This document shows positions 12,241 to 23,839 of a stretch of DNA of 64,000 nt, piece after piece. Position numbers and translations under genes: made by a program. Under the pieces are notes generated by a model, which was not told the DNA's origin, made no database searches, and saw nothing but the letters and a program-made list of their open reading frames with translations. Within the stretch, counting starts at the first letter, position 1, and each line of letters starts with the position of its first letter. The stretch is from positions 17,501,437 to 17,565,436 of the forward strand of contig OZ316895.1 in assembly GCA_973895155.1 (NCBI GenBank), in the 5' to 3' direction. The stretch is from Marsupella aquatica (lineage: Eukaryota; Plantae; Marchantiophyta).

Positions 12241-15063
12241 CCAAAAATTCACCGGCGGACGACCGAAGTAGGGCCGCCCGGACTCCGGCGGTAAGGTGTG
12301 TTCATAGGCATGGGGTGTCAGCACGATGGGCCGGTCTCTTTACGATCATAAGCTCACCGCCTCTACCCTCGTAAGGCCAGGTAACCTGCCTTCCAATCCG
12401 AGCTAGCATTTATACCCCGGCCTCGGGGACTGGTTTTCCCTAAACTCTGCGCTTATGGTTTTATCTTTTGAGAACGAGCACCAATTCGCAGGGCACTTCT
12501 TAACTATTTAGCCATTTCTCACCTAAAACGTAATACTTGACAAAGTCTATCAATGTTTATCAATGTTAGACTCACTGAAAAGCTAGAGCAATTCAGAAAT
12601 TCTTAAATTTCAGCCAGATCGTCTTGTGTTATTTGCAGGGTCTAAACTCTCAAGACATTGTGGCTCTTTTCTTCTCACCAAGATCATCACCTCAGATGAC
12701 AATGGACACATTCAACCAACATAACAGAGAATTGTGAGGCACTGTCACTTGTAGAGAACCTGCCAAGGATACAACTAGATTAAACGTTTATTAACTAAGG
12801 GAAAGTTCCTTATGGAGCTAACAATTGATGGAGTTCAATTGGCCAGGCATTCAAGCTCCCAAATTTAACAGCTGTCGAAAGATGGCCAGAAATGACAACT
12901 TGAATGCTCAATGTGTCCTTTCCTCAAAACTTTGCAAATCAAATCTATGCTTTGTCAGGATAATGTTTTTTTGAAAGAACATGTTGAATAGAACTCCCAT
13001 TTGCACAGCCACAACGCTTGGGCTTGGATTCCCTTCCCATTCCCCCAACCTTCTTGCTGTTAGTTGTAGATGCATCATTGAGGATTTATTTAGTATAGAA
13101 AGAAATATTGTGGCACCCACATCTTACTTATAAAGTGCCAAGGTAGAGTCAGGGTGTAGGCTTCTAGAGTGAAGCCTCTACGTGACTCTAGGGCCCCACC
13201 AAAGTATATGTGCATGTAAAGACAATGTGCATAGACATGAATGAATGGTTGTTTTTATTTCATTAATACATTTCAAGAATGGAAATAGAGAATATATTTT
13301 GTTATATTTTATTGTACTCTCCTCTATTCAAGTTCAAAGACCAGGGAATTTGGGGCTAGTCATGTTGAATTATTGGAACAGTTGGAGACTGGCTTGAAGT
13401 GTTGGGGTCTGTTAGTTGTAGATGCATCATTGAAGATTCATTTAGTATAGAAAGAAATATTGTGGTGCACACATCATGTTGAAGTATTGGAACAGTTGGG
13501 GACGGGCTTTTAAGTATTGGGGGTACACTAGAGCTAAAAGGAACTACAGCCCACAGTGCATAAGTGCATTGCATATGAGTGCATCCCAAGAGTAACTGGA
13601 GAGTGGTTGTATAGGCCCCTAACTAGGGTTGAGCTTGAATTCCCGTTTATTTTGCCCCAATCTTCTTGCATAGATGCTTCAATGAAAATTCATTTGGTAC
13701 ACAAAGAAATAGTGTGTCACACACATGATGTTGGAGTTTTGGAACAGTTGGGATGGGCAAATAATTCAAATAATGAAGCTCACTAGAGCTGACTTGCATA
13801 GTATAAAAGAACTAATAATCTCCTAGTTACTAACAATATATTCATATTTTACTTTTAGAAGAACATGACAGTGCACCAAAACCACTCCTAGGAACCCACT
13901 GCAAAAACCAGCAGGCACATAGAACACTAAGAGAGGAACCCAACTACAACTGACCACACCACAGCTATCGTGATCTCATCAATCGACTACTATCCTCACA
14001 AAGAATGTATCGTAGGAAATAATATCCAATCGCCAGATACACTCTAAACTATTTTTTGGTCAATGTCACATTTTGTGCCTTGGGGTGCCCCAGGAGTGCC
14101 TATTATCTTGGGAGAGGAGCTATGTAGAATAAGCTACTAGGGGATGTGGTAAGTGTACAAATTGTACCATCCAATAATAAGTAAATATATAGAACTATGA
14201 TGGTATGTGTGACACACCATATTCTACATGCTTTATATTACTAGAGACACACATTCTACTGCGGCAATAGTGTAGGTGATTAGAGCCACACATATCCCAA
14301 AGCACTTCTAGAAATTTTAGCCCAGCCTGTTTGAATCCTAAGTAGTTCAAATGAGACAACATTTCAACTCCCTCTGGATCCATGCGCAAGTAACAATCAC
14401 TCACCCACATCAGGCCACATGGAATAAAGCTCTAATATTTTCCCAAATCATTTTGCCATCAACGCAATCGATACTGAATCTCTTTTAATTCTTTTTCAAA
14501 ACATGTACCAAAAGATGCACCAGATTCTCCGAAACTGGCGCTAGATTATTTATCATCGAGAGTCACCCGTAATGTAGATTATATTTTACTTTATTTATTT
14601 CAAACTGTAAAAGAACAAAATGTTGAGAGAAGCATAGCAGATGAAGCTAATACAGAGTCATATATATATATCACACTTCCAAACGACAGGATCCCCAAGC
14701 CTGGAGACATGATCACGCACCTAATAAAGGAGGGAAGGGAAAGACACCAAGGGAAGGGAAAGACCCCAAGAATACCAAAGAGGCCAAACAAATCAAGGAG
14801 TATGCCACACAAAAAAACTAATAAGCAAACTAAAAACTCTACCTGAAAAACCTGGTAGAGCTACAGTAGCTATGGAGGAAACCGCATAGGAGGAGTAGTT
14901 TGGTTTGGTTCACAGCTTTCTGTACAAGGAATATATTGTTCAATTCAGTTTTCAAGCATTTTCGGGAATTGAACACTCGGAGCTCGGATCATCACAATCA
15001 GTGCACTCGAGCTTAGCAAGCTTCTCCTGTTCACAAGCTTGGCAATGCAATTATGCAATGCTA

Positions 15064-15486
15064 CTAGTATGGTACCGCCTTGTTGAGCTTCACCCAAGTC
15101 TTCTCAGCTTCGGTACGCGGTAGAGGAGGCACTATACCGTTCAGACGCCATAGCTCCCTGTCATTTTCCTCGATGTGCAGCTCCCACTCGAATCCTCGAT
15201 CCTTGATGTAAGGGGCGAAGACGTCCTCCAGCCCTTGCACTGCGCTAGCTTTTGCTTCGGAGGTCACCGCAGTACGCGCAAGATGCTGCGACACAATTCG
15301 AACATAGTGTGAGGTCGGCTTGGCTCCCACGAAGAAAGAGTCTTCATCGACGGGGATGAAGAGGACGACCACGTAGAACGCTGGGAGGCCACGGGACGTG
15401 TAGAAGGCGGTCAGACGCTCGGAGATTGCCTTCTTGTCCTCCACCGAGAAAATGCCCGGAGCATGGAAAATTCTGTGGAGCGGCAT
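15064..15486 (-). CDS. Tautomerase superfamily protein (Tautomerase_3 / cis-CaaD-like, putative oxalocrotonate tautomerase), copy A
   Basis: 140-aa intronless ORF starting MP (Pro-1). Family motifs GLPAFYVVVLF, FVG, RIVSQHLAR, PYIKDRGFEWELHIEE, LWRLNGIVPP..EAEK.W. Confidence 0.9.
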   Translation of the reverse strand: MPLHRIFHAPGIFSVEDKKAISERLTAFYTSRGLPAFYVVVLFIPVDEDSFFVGAKPTSHYVRIVSQHLARTAVTSEAKASAVQGLEDVFAPYIKDRGFEWELHIEENDRELWRLNGIVPPLPRTEAEKTWVKLNKAVPY

Positions 15487-17811
15487 GATTGCGACTTCGC
15501 AATCCAGAACGTATCTCGCAGTCTAGACGAAGACCTTCGCTGTAATCTTCGAAACGTCAATACTCGTGCTGTCTTACTCTTTACAACCTAGATCGAACAA
15601 ATGCCACACTTGCAACGAGGTTGGGGTCTCGGCAAGGCGATTGAAGAAAGCGACCCTGTAAACAGCAGGAGAACTCGAGGAAATGGAGAGGAGAGACGAA
15701 TGATGAAATCCTGTGATGGTTCTTTACCAACTTACGGTATTTGTAGTGTAGTCACTTGAACAAACACCAAGGACCGAATAAACTTACTGCCCTGAGGAAG
15801 CCGCACATGAACCTGCTCTTTGGCTGTGACGCAAGCAAGGCTGATCAGACACGGTCTTTAATTGTTGTCGAGGAGTAAAAGTGGACCCCATTCAATGGAT
15901 GGCATCTAACAGCAGAGCAACTGTGGTGCGTTCATCATCTTAGCGAGGAACTTTGACGGTAGAATCTTGGAGTAGTCATAACGGTCTCAAATAGACAACC
16001 GTATGCTTCATATTATTGAACACATATCCATGAATTATATATTCATTCTACTGACCGTCCTGTGTATTCTGCCGAGACTGGTCCTTCGTAAATCGCGATT
16101 CGTCAAATTTGTCGGTACTCACGTCTTTGCCGCACGCGTGAATGTACATGCTTGGTAGCGATAGATGCATGCTGTGAATCTTTGCCGCATGCATGAATGT
16201 ACATGCTTGGTATCGATAGATGCATGCTGTGAATTTTGATATTCGTATTCTAGTCTAGCGCTACCTGAGTTGGCTGTAGAGTATCTAGAAATGCCTGTAA
16301 GTCTACATTCGATTGTCCATCGCTGTACTCTTGTCTGCATGATTATGGTCAAGGTTGTACCTCAAGCTGATTGGAAAACGTTGTGGTTGATGTGGTGGAC
16401 TAAATCGTAATTACTTGTTCCACCTGACCGAATTCGGCAGTCAATCAAATGACCTTACCGACAGAGCTTTTCCTTGTATTATAACAAGTTCGCAGCAGAC
16501 ATACTATTTCCCACGGACGGAGGTACACTGCTGTAGCATATATGATCTGGATCTCAGCCAACGTGAATTCTTGTCTGACTGTTGTTGGAGCAATACAGAA
16601 ACTAATTAATTGGTTGATCATAGTTTCTTTATCTTGTTCTTTATCTGACCGATGACGTTGAGCTCAATCTCATGGCAACTCCCAAACTAAGTAGAATCTG
16701 GCCCATCCAAAATTGCAGTGTACGTGGACTAATGGGCTACAAAAAGACACAAACCTTTCAAGGCCGATGTCACTGTTTGATCATCGATGCCAATGCCAAC
16801 AAGAATTCTATCATGCCCGGCTTGCTCTCCAAATTGCCAGTGCACTCGATTCTGCTTGTCCTAATACCTTTGGGCTACTGAGGGCCTGCTTTAGAGTTGC
16901 CTTTTTGTACATACCTGGATGAGTCGCTTATGAGAAGTTTGGGCTGAGTGATAGTCACAACTATGCCGAGCTTGGGAGAGGGGTACCGAAGAGATAACAA
17001 GCTTCGTGAGTTTGTCATGACAATCGTCGAATTTTGTCATGCGAAATTTTGTCGTGCGAAACCGGTCACTTTCGGACTTCTTTTGATGTGAGAGGCTTTG
17101 ATGCGCTATGTTAGTATTGAAGACCCTATTCGCCAGCTTGGTAAGACCTCGTCGCCTGACCATTGCCGCCACCTTTGGAATTTTATTTGCTGAAGGCGAT
17201 GCATTTCGTGCAACTCTTCTTCAGCCCTTTATAGACGAGCCTGGCAGAGTTTCTATTTTTTGTTGTCTCTCTCCCACTCTCTGTCTTTGCCGTTACCCAG
17301 CTCAGACAAGAATGGACGAGCTCAGCAAACAAACTAAGAAAGGAAAATAGGTAGGGGGCGGGGTGCAGGTTCCCTTATGAGCATCAGCAAGCCAATTCAA
17401 GTACAGTAGCAGAGCCTCACCTCTGCTTGACATTCACGATATTGCGGATATGGTGTCTGTGTCATACTACAGGTTAGAGCTTTAATGGAAGCAAATGGTA
17501 CCTCAGGGCCAATGCATTGCATCGAAGGTTCTGAATTTGATTATCTGAGTAGTGGTACTCTTGAGGTTGGATTTTTAAGGGCTTCAGCTTAGTTTATGTC
17601 ATCGTGAGCAAAGAACTAGCGAAGTTTGCGTACCACACTGCCATACACTTCATCGGTACAATGCATAAGTTACCTCAGAGTGTCCTCGTCAAAGCTGCAT
17701 GAGGGCATCCCGACACTTTGGTTCATCTTGAAGTTGCTGAAATTGTAGGCACGTAGCTCGGATGAGCACTAGTGCTTTCCAGCTTGTCAAGCTCCTGTAA
17801 ACTTGGCAATA

Positions 17812-17920
17812 CTAGTATGGTACCGCCTGCCTTCTCGACCTTGACGCAACTCTTCTCGGTTTCAGTATGCGGTAGAGGCAGTATCCTGTTCTCATGTTCT
17901 GACGCCATCGGACGCCATAG
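17812..17920 (-). pseudogene. 3' relic of tautomerase gene
   Basis: CTAGTATGGTACCGCC is identical to the gene 3' end. Translates as LPLPHTETEKSCVK versus PPLPHTEAEKTWAK. Confidence 0.75.
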
Positions 17921-18872
17921 CTGATTAGGCCGCATAAAACAACCAAATGGAACTTGCTCAATCATGTTCCACAAAATCTAGACATCGATGTCAATATGAG
18001 AAGAGATCTTGACATTTACAGTTCGCCCATGAGAATTAATTGGGACATAGTCATCAACAACTCTCAAATGATGATCTACATTACCTGAGGTAAATTCAAT
18101 TTAGGGAGTACGGCTTACATACGGGTTCACGAGAGCCTCTCACAAATACGTTCATTCTCTACCAAACCATGCACCAGAGTGTGTGCTAGGCCACATGAGG
18201 TTCAACTCTAATATTTTCCCAAAACGTTTTGCCAACAACGAAATAGATACTAAAACTCTTTCAATTCTTTTCAAAACCATGTACCAGATAATACAGCAGA
18301 ATCTCCAAACCTCACTAGATTATTGATCATGTACAGTATACCCGCAATGGAAAAGCAAGCAAAGCAGAAGAAACTAATGGAGTCTCAAAACTTCATAGTT
18401 GCGGATGATGGCTGTTGGCCATAGCTTTATCAAAGGAGCAAAGCAGAAGATACTACTGGAGTCTTAAAGCTTAATAGTGGCTTTTGGCCATAGCGCAAAG
18501 CAGAAGATACTAATGGAGTCTTAAAGCTTCATAGTGGCTTTTGGCCATAGCTTTTTCACACGGTCATGTAAAGGTTTTATTCTCACTAGCCTCTATAATA
18601 ACTTATGGTCCTGGAATGAGTTATGGATTATGGATTCTGAATTTGGCAGTCCATAACTTTTCATGTCCCTAAGCTTAACTAAGTGAAATTTTTTAGATTT
18701 GAGACCCTCTAGTATAGAGTGTTTGGTTCACAAATTTCTTTACAAGGCAATTCAGATTCTTCAATTCAGTTTTCAAGGATTTGCGAAATTGAACGCACTG
18801 AGCTCGGATCATCACCACCAGTGCACTCAGGCTTGTCAAGCTCCACCTCTTCGCAAGCTTGGAAATGCGATG

Positions 18873-19295
18873 CTAGTATGGTACCGCCTTGTTGAGCTTA
18901 GCCCAAGTCTTCTCAGCTTCAGTATGCGGTAGAGGAGGCACTATACCGTTCAGACGCCATAGCTCCCTGTCATGTTCCTCGATGTGCAGCTCCCACTCGA
19001 ATCCTCGATCCTTGATGTAAGGAGCGAAGGCATCCTCCAGCGCTTGCACTGCGTGAGCTTTTGCTTCGGAGGTCGCCTCCTTCCGTGCAAGATGCTGCGA
19101 CACAATTCGAATGACGTGTGAGGTCGGCTTCGCTCCCACGAAGAAAGAGTCTTCATCGATGGGGATGAAGAGGACGACCACGTAGAACGCTGGGAGACCG
19201 CCGGAAGTGTAGAAGGAGGTCAGACGCTCGGAGATTGCCTTCTTGTCCTCCACTGAGAAAACCCCCTGAGGATGGAAAATTCTGTGGAGCGGCAT
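18873..19295 (-). CDS. Tautomerase superfamily protein (Tautomerase_3 / cis-CaaD-like), copy B
   Basis: 140-aa intronless ORF with 17 amino-acid differences from copy A (~88% identity). Pro-1 retained. Confidence 0.9.
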   Translation of the reverse strand: MPLHRIFHPQGVFSVEDKKAISERLTSFYTSGGLPAFYVVVLFIPIDEDSFFVGAKPTSHVIRIVSQHLARKEATSEAKAHAVQALEDAFAPYIKDRGFEWELHIEEHDRELWRLNGIVPPLPHTEAEKTWAKLNKAVPY

Positions 19296-19623
19296 GTTTA
19301 GACTTCGTGATGCACAACGTACCTCGCAGTCCAGACAAAGACCTTCTTCGCTGTAATCTTCAAAACGTCAACACAACCTAATTCGAACAAATGCCTCTCT
19401 TGCAACGAATATCAGGTCTCGGTACACTCCAAAGGCAAGTGACCCTGTAAACAGCGGGGGACCTCGAGGAATTGGAGAGGAGAGACAAATGATGAAATCT
19501 ATGCTTGGGATAGTTCCTAACCAACTTGCGGTATTTGTAGTGTAGTCACTCGAACAAACGCCGAGGACCACAATTAACTTACTACCCGGAGGAAAGGGCT
19601 CTTCAAACCGCTCTTTGGCTGCG

Positions 19624-20020
19624 GAGCAGCATCAGGTAGACGATTGATGCAAGCAACTCTGACGCGATAACACTGACGCAAGCAATGCAGCTGACCATAG
19701 GGACTCGGCTGATCATACAGCGCTCATATTGTAGATTGTCGTCGAGGAATAAAGTGGACCGCATTCAATGGATTGCATCTAACAGCAGAGCTGCTGTGGT
19801 ACGTTCATCAGTTTAGAGCAGCATCAGGTAGACGACTGATGAGAGCAACTCTGACGCGATCAACACTGACGCGATCAACACTGACGCAAGCAATGCAGCG
19901 ACGATTGGGAGGCTGATCATACAACGCTCATATTGCAAACTGTCATCGAGGAATAAAAGTGGACCGCATTCAATGGATTGCACCTAACAGCAGAGCTGCT
20001 GTGGTACGTTCATCAGTTTA
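19624..20020. repeat. ~190-bp tandem duplication in the upstream region of tautomerase copy B, rich in TGACG
   Basis: GAGCAGCATCAGGTAGACGA...GTGGTACGTTCATCAGTTTAG occurs twice. Five TGACG motifs. Confidence 0.85.
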
Positions 20021-21656
20021 GCACGGAACTTTGACCATAGATTCTTGGAGTAGTAATGATGGTGCCCTGCATCTCTGTGAATTTTGATATTTTTATTCTA
20101 GTCTCAGGCTACCTGCGTCGACTGTGCAGAGTATCTAGACATGCCTGTAAATCTTAAGTCGATTCTGCATCGCAGTACTCTTGTCTGCATGAGTTTATGG
20201 TAAAGGTTGTATCTCAAGCTGATGTAAGACTCAGCAGAAAACGTTGTGGTTGATATGGTGGACTCAATCGTTTGAGTTCACTACAGTAATTACTTGTTCG
20301 ATCTCTCCGATATCGTCAGCTTCAACAAATGACCTCACCGATAGAGCTTTCCTTTGGATTACAGCAAGTGTTCAACAGAAGTACTAGTTGCTACGGACGG
20401 AGGTACACTGCTGTAGCTATCTATTATCTGGATCTCAGCCGACATGAATTCTTGTCTGTTGTTGTAGGAATACAGAAACTAATTGGCTGATCATAGTTTC
20501 TTTATCTGACCGATGAGGTTGAGATCAATTCATGGCAACTCCCAAACTAAGTACGCTCTGGCCCCGTCCAAAACTGCAGTTTACGTGGACTGTATATCCA
20601 TCTGGTCGAAGCTACATAGGCTACAGAAAAGACAATCCATACGAGTTCGATGCCACTGCCAACGGGAATTCTATGATGCCATTTTAATTGTATGTCGATA
20701 AGGACCCGGCCAAGTTCTCCATATCTGAAAGATCAATTGCCAGTGCACTCGAATTTGCTTGTCCTAATTTCTTTGGGCCACCAAGGGCCTGCTCCTAGAG
20801 ATTCGTTTTTGTGCATACCTGGATGAGTCGCTGATGATCAGATTGGGCTGGCTGATAGTCACAGATATGTCGGGCTTGGGAGAGTGGTAATTAAAGAAGA
20901 GAAAACGCGATTTCACAGGCTTCGGGAATTTGTCATGGCACTCTCGGAAATATGAAAACTGGTCACTTTCGGAATTCTTTTCGACGTGAGAGGCTTTGAT
21001 GCTCTATGTGAGTATTGAAGAGCCTACTCGCCAGCAGCCACCTTTGGAATTTTCTTTACTGAAGGCGATGCATTTCATGAAACTCTTCTTCAATCAGCCC
21101 TTTCTGTTTATTGTTGTCTGTGTCCCACTCTATGTCTTTGCTTTTACCCAGCTCAGACAGAATGCACGAGTTCAGCAAATAAAGGAAGAAAAGTCTGGAG
21201 TGGTGGAGTGGAGGTTCCCTTCACGAGCATCCGGAACCCAATTCGAGTACAGCAGCATAGCCGCACCTCTGCTTGACAGTCACGATACATTGATATGGTG
21301 TCTGTGCCATACTACAGATTAGAGCTGAATTGTGATTGAGCTTTCATCTTGTACTTAAGTTAATGGAAGCAAATGGTATGTCAGGGCCCATGCATTGCAC
21401 CGAAGGTTCTTAATTCGAGTATTCGAGTCGTGGTACTCCTCTGAAGGTTGGGTTTTCAGGGCTTCAGCTTTAAATCATCTTGTACAAAGCAGTTTTGGAC
21501 GTGCATAAGTTACACCAGAGTTTTCCTTGTCAAAACTACATGAGGACATCCTGACACTTTCTAAAGTTGCTGAAATTGAATGCACATAGCTCCCGATGAG
21601 TCCCAGTGGAAAGTGCTTTCCAGCTTGTCAAGCTTCTGTGCACCAGTCGGCAAACC

Positions 21657-21990
21657 TAGTATGGTACCGCCTGGTTGTCTAGCTTAAACCACAACTGTCC
21701 ATATATAATGGGGAGTGTCTAAGACTTCTCCCTTTTTACACATTCCACTTCTTTATTCTCAGGTACCTTATGCTCCAGAATTTAGGGAAAATTTTATTGT
21801 CAATAGTGAAAGCTAGATCCTAGGGTTAACCCTTAGCTCTTGTAGGGGCAGTTACATGAAATTTGGATCCAAGGGTTAACCCATAGCTCTTGTAGGGGCA
21901 GTTGTGGTTTAGCATAAAGTCTTTTCACCTTGAGTTTGTGCTAAAGGATGCAGTATCCCATTCTCATGTTCTGACATCATCAGACGCCAT
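21657..21990 (-). pseudogene. Second 3' relic of tautomerase gene, interrupted by a MITE
   Basis: CTAGTATGGTACCGCC at 21657. Homology resumes after the insertion (GCATAAAGTCTTTTCA...CAGACGCCATAGCT). Confidence 0.65.
21687..21909. mobile_element. Stowaway/Tc1-mariner-type MITE
   Basis: Perfect 11-bp TIR AACCACAACTG / CAGTTGTGGTT flanked by a TA duplication. The intact tautomerase reads AGCTTAGC at this site. A related interior sequence lies at ~61935-62000. Confidence 0.75.
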
Positions 21991-22578
21991 AGCTAATAGG
22001 CCGCATAAAACTTATCTGTGAGCTATGCATCTTTGTATCAAAACAACACACAAGAAAACGGATTGGGCACAAAAATTTCATTGGATCAAAACTTACATTA
22101 AATTTTCCCAAAATAGATTCCTTAAGGTCTGGATTGCTTGGATTGTTTGGATTGCTTGTCCAGAATTTGAGTGCAGTTAGTTAACTGAAGTCATATCTTT
22201 GAGTTAAAAGGATGCATGTCTCAGAACTACAGTGAGAAAGAAGCCATTGGGTTGGAACACATATGCAAAGAGTTAACTCGTTTAGGGATACTACACTTCC
22301 AAAAGGTTCTCGAAACTTGTGGTTCAAAGATGCAACAGTCTCACAGGAAACATCAGTATTTGGATGGATTTATTATGGGAACAGATCTTGACTTTTGCAG
22401 TTCTCGCTGATGAGAATTAATTGGACATAGAGATCAAAAACTCGCAAATGATGATCTACATTACCCCCAGTGAATTCAATTGAGGGTATAGCTTACAAAG
22501 GGTTCATTCGAAACAATAGTATCTATAGCAATCCTCCACTGTTTAAACACACAATATGATAACCATACCGTGACAAAC

Positions 22579-22922
22579 TGTTGAGCATAGACGACATTCG
22601 TAACGGCAAGCCCATGAACCATCCAACGCACAATAGTCGACACAGAGAGATACATGGTTCACCTCCACATGATGCTACGTCCACGGGAACACACAAGAGC
22701 TTTATTGCACTCTAGGCCGACCGGCCATACCAAGCATCCACAGCACAAGCTCTCCCTATCTCTCAACTAGCTCCGTAACAATGAGCCTAAGTTCCTCCAG
22801 GGTCTGGCATCAGCCCTGGCTATATATACAACAGCACTACCGCTAACATTAGCTAAGTCCTAACCCGAGTTAGCCTAACTGTAGTTAGCTCATGAGTCAC
22901 AAGACTAGAGCAATATCTAACA
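22579..22922 (-). mobile_element. Copia-type solo LTR
   Basis: TGTTG...TAACA termini and a perfect 5-bp TSD CAAAC (22574-22578, 22923-22927). Minus strand has TATATATA, AATAAAG and GTGGACGTAG...GAACCA LTR motifs. Confidence 0.85.
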
Positions 22923-23602
22923 CAAACATCCCAAAGAAGAGAAGAGAAGTTGGTATCAGCACTACGTGAGCATGCAGGATTTTTTTTTCCTTCTGCGAGG
23001 AAATACTTTATTCCTAGTGGCACACTTTTTTCTATTACAAGGAAACGGGCAAGGAAAACCTCTAAATACACACATCTTTCCCAGCTTTCTAAAACTTTGG
23101 TCATTTCTTGTCGAAAACTTGACTTTTGAATTCCCCTTTTGGCCATGTGGAGCCCTACAAATGCAATACAACTGCTAATTCAGCCACAATCAAAAGGCGT
23201 AAAGAATCACAGTGGTGACCTCACTAGCAATACCTTTCCTGGCTTGCAAAAATTAGTGTTTGCATCTCACAAACCCTCTATAGTCCCTGGCTTAAATTCC
23301 ATAAATTTAAATTTACTTCCTCTTGTGCTTGATGACCACCAATGGTATGCCCCTCTATTGCACACATTTTTTTCTTATTCTGCTTTTTTTGGTATCCAAA
23401 GCACTCTGGGAGAATTATCTTTGCTGCATGTAGGATTGACTTGTTCTAGCTTACAGGTCTTTTCTGGTCAACACTTATATCTTTTTTAAGAGCATTCAAG
23501 TGGTGGACCTCGCCACCCAGCGCCCTCACCAATCCCAGCACTTGCGCCTAAGTGCCCTTGGTGCCCGAACGCCTCGGGGGGTTAGCTAAGTGTATATTTT
23601 GG

Positions 23603-23831
23603 GGTACCACGTGCGATCCAAGCGTAATATAAATAGACCTATTTTATAAAGAAAATATTCTAAGAATATTCTCCATTTTCAACATTAATAACCTATTTTA
23701 CTTTATAAAAGATATATATTAGAGAATATTCTATAAACATAAGTTTATAATACCTTCTTTTGCCTCCTACGCTTTTTAAAAATTTAGTTAATTTCTAGCA
23801 AAAATACCTATTTTGGATCGCACGTGGTTCC
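23603..23831. mobile_element. MITE-like element
   Basis: 16-bp perfect inverted repeat ACCACGTGCGATCCAA / TTGGATCGCACGTGGT around an AT-rich core. TSD unclear. Confidence 0.6.
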
Positions 23832-23839
23832 TAAGATTT

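Larger units (their letters stand above)
14410..22510. repeat. Tandem segmental duplication (unit 1 ~14410-18130; unit 2 ~18190-22510)
   Basis: Collinear matches: AGGCCACATG...CTCTAATATTTTCCCAAA at ~14412 and ~18189, the two tautomerase genes and their upstream regions, and GATGATCTACATTACC at ~18070 and ~22450. Confidence 0.9.

Noticed and set aside
22951-22962. TGGTATCAG resembling a tRNA-Met primer-binding site near the solo LTR
   Set aside because: It is not adjacent to the LTR end, is in the wrong orientation, and the LTR has an intact TSD on both sides.
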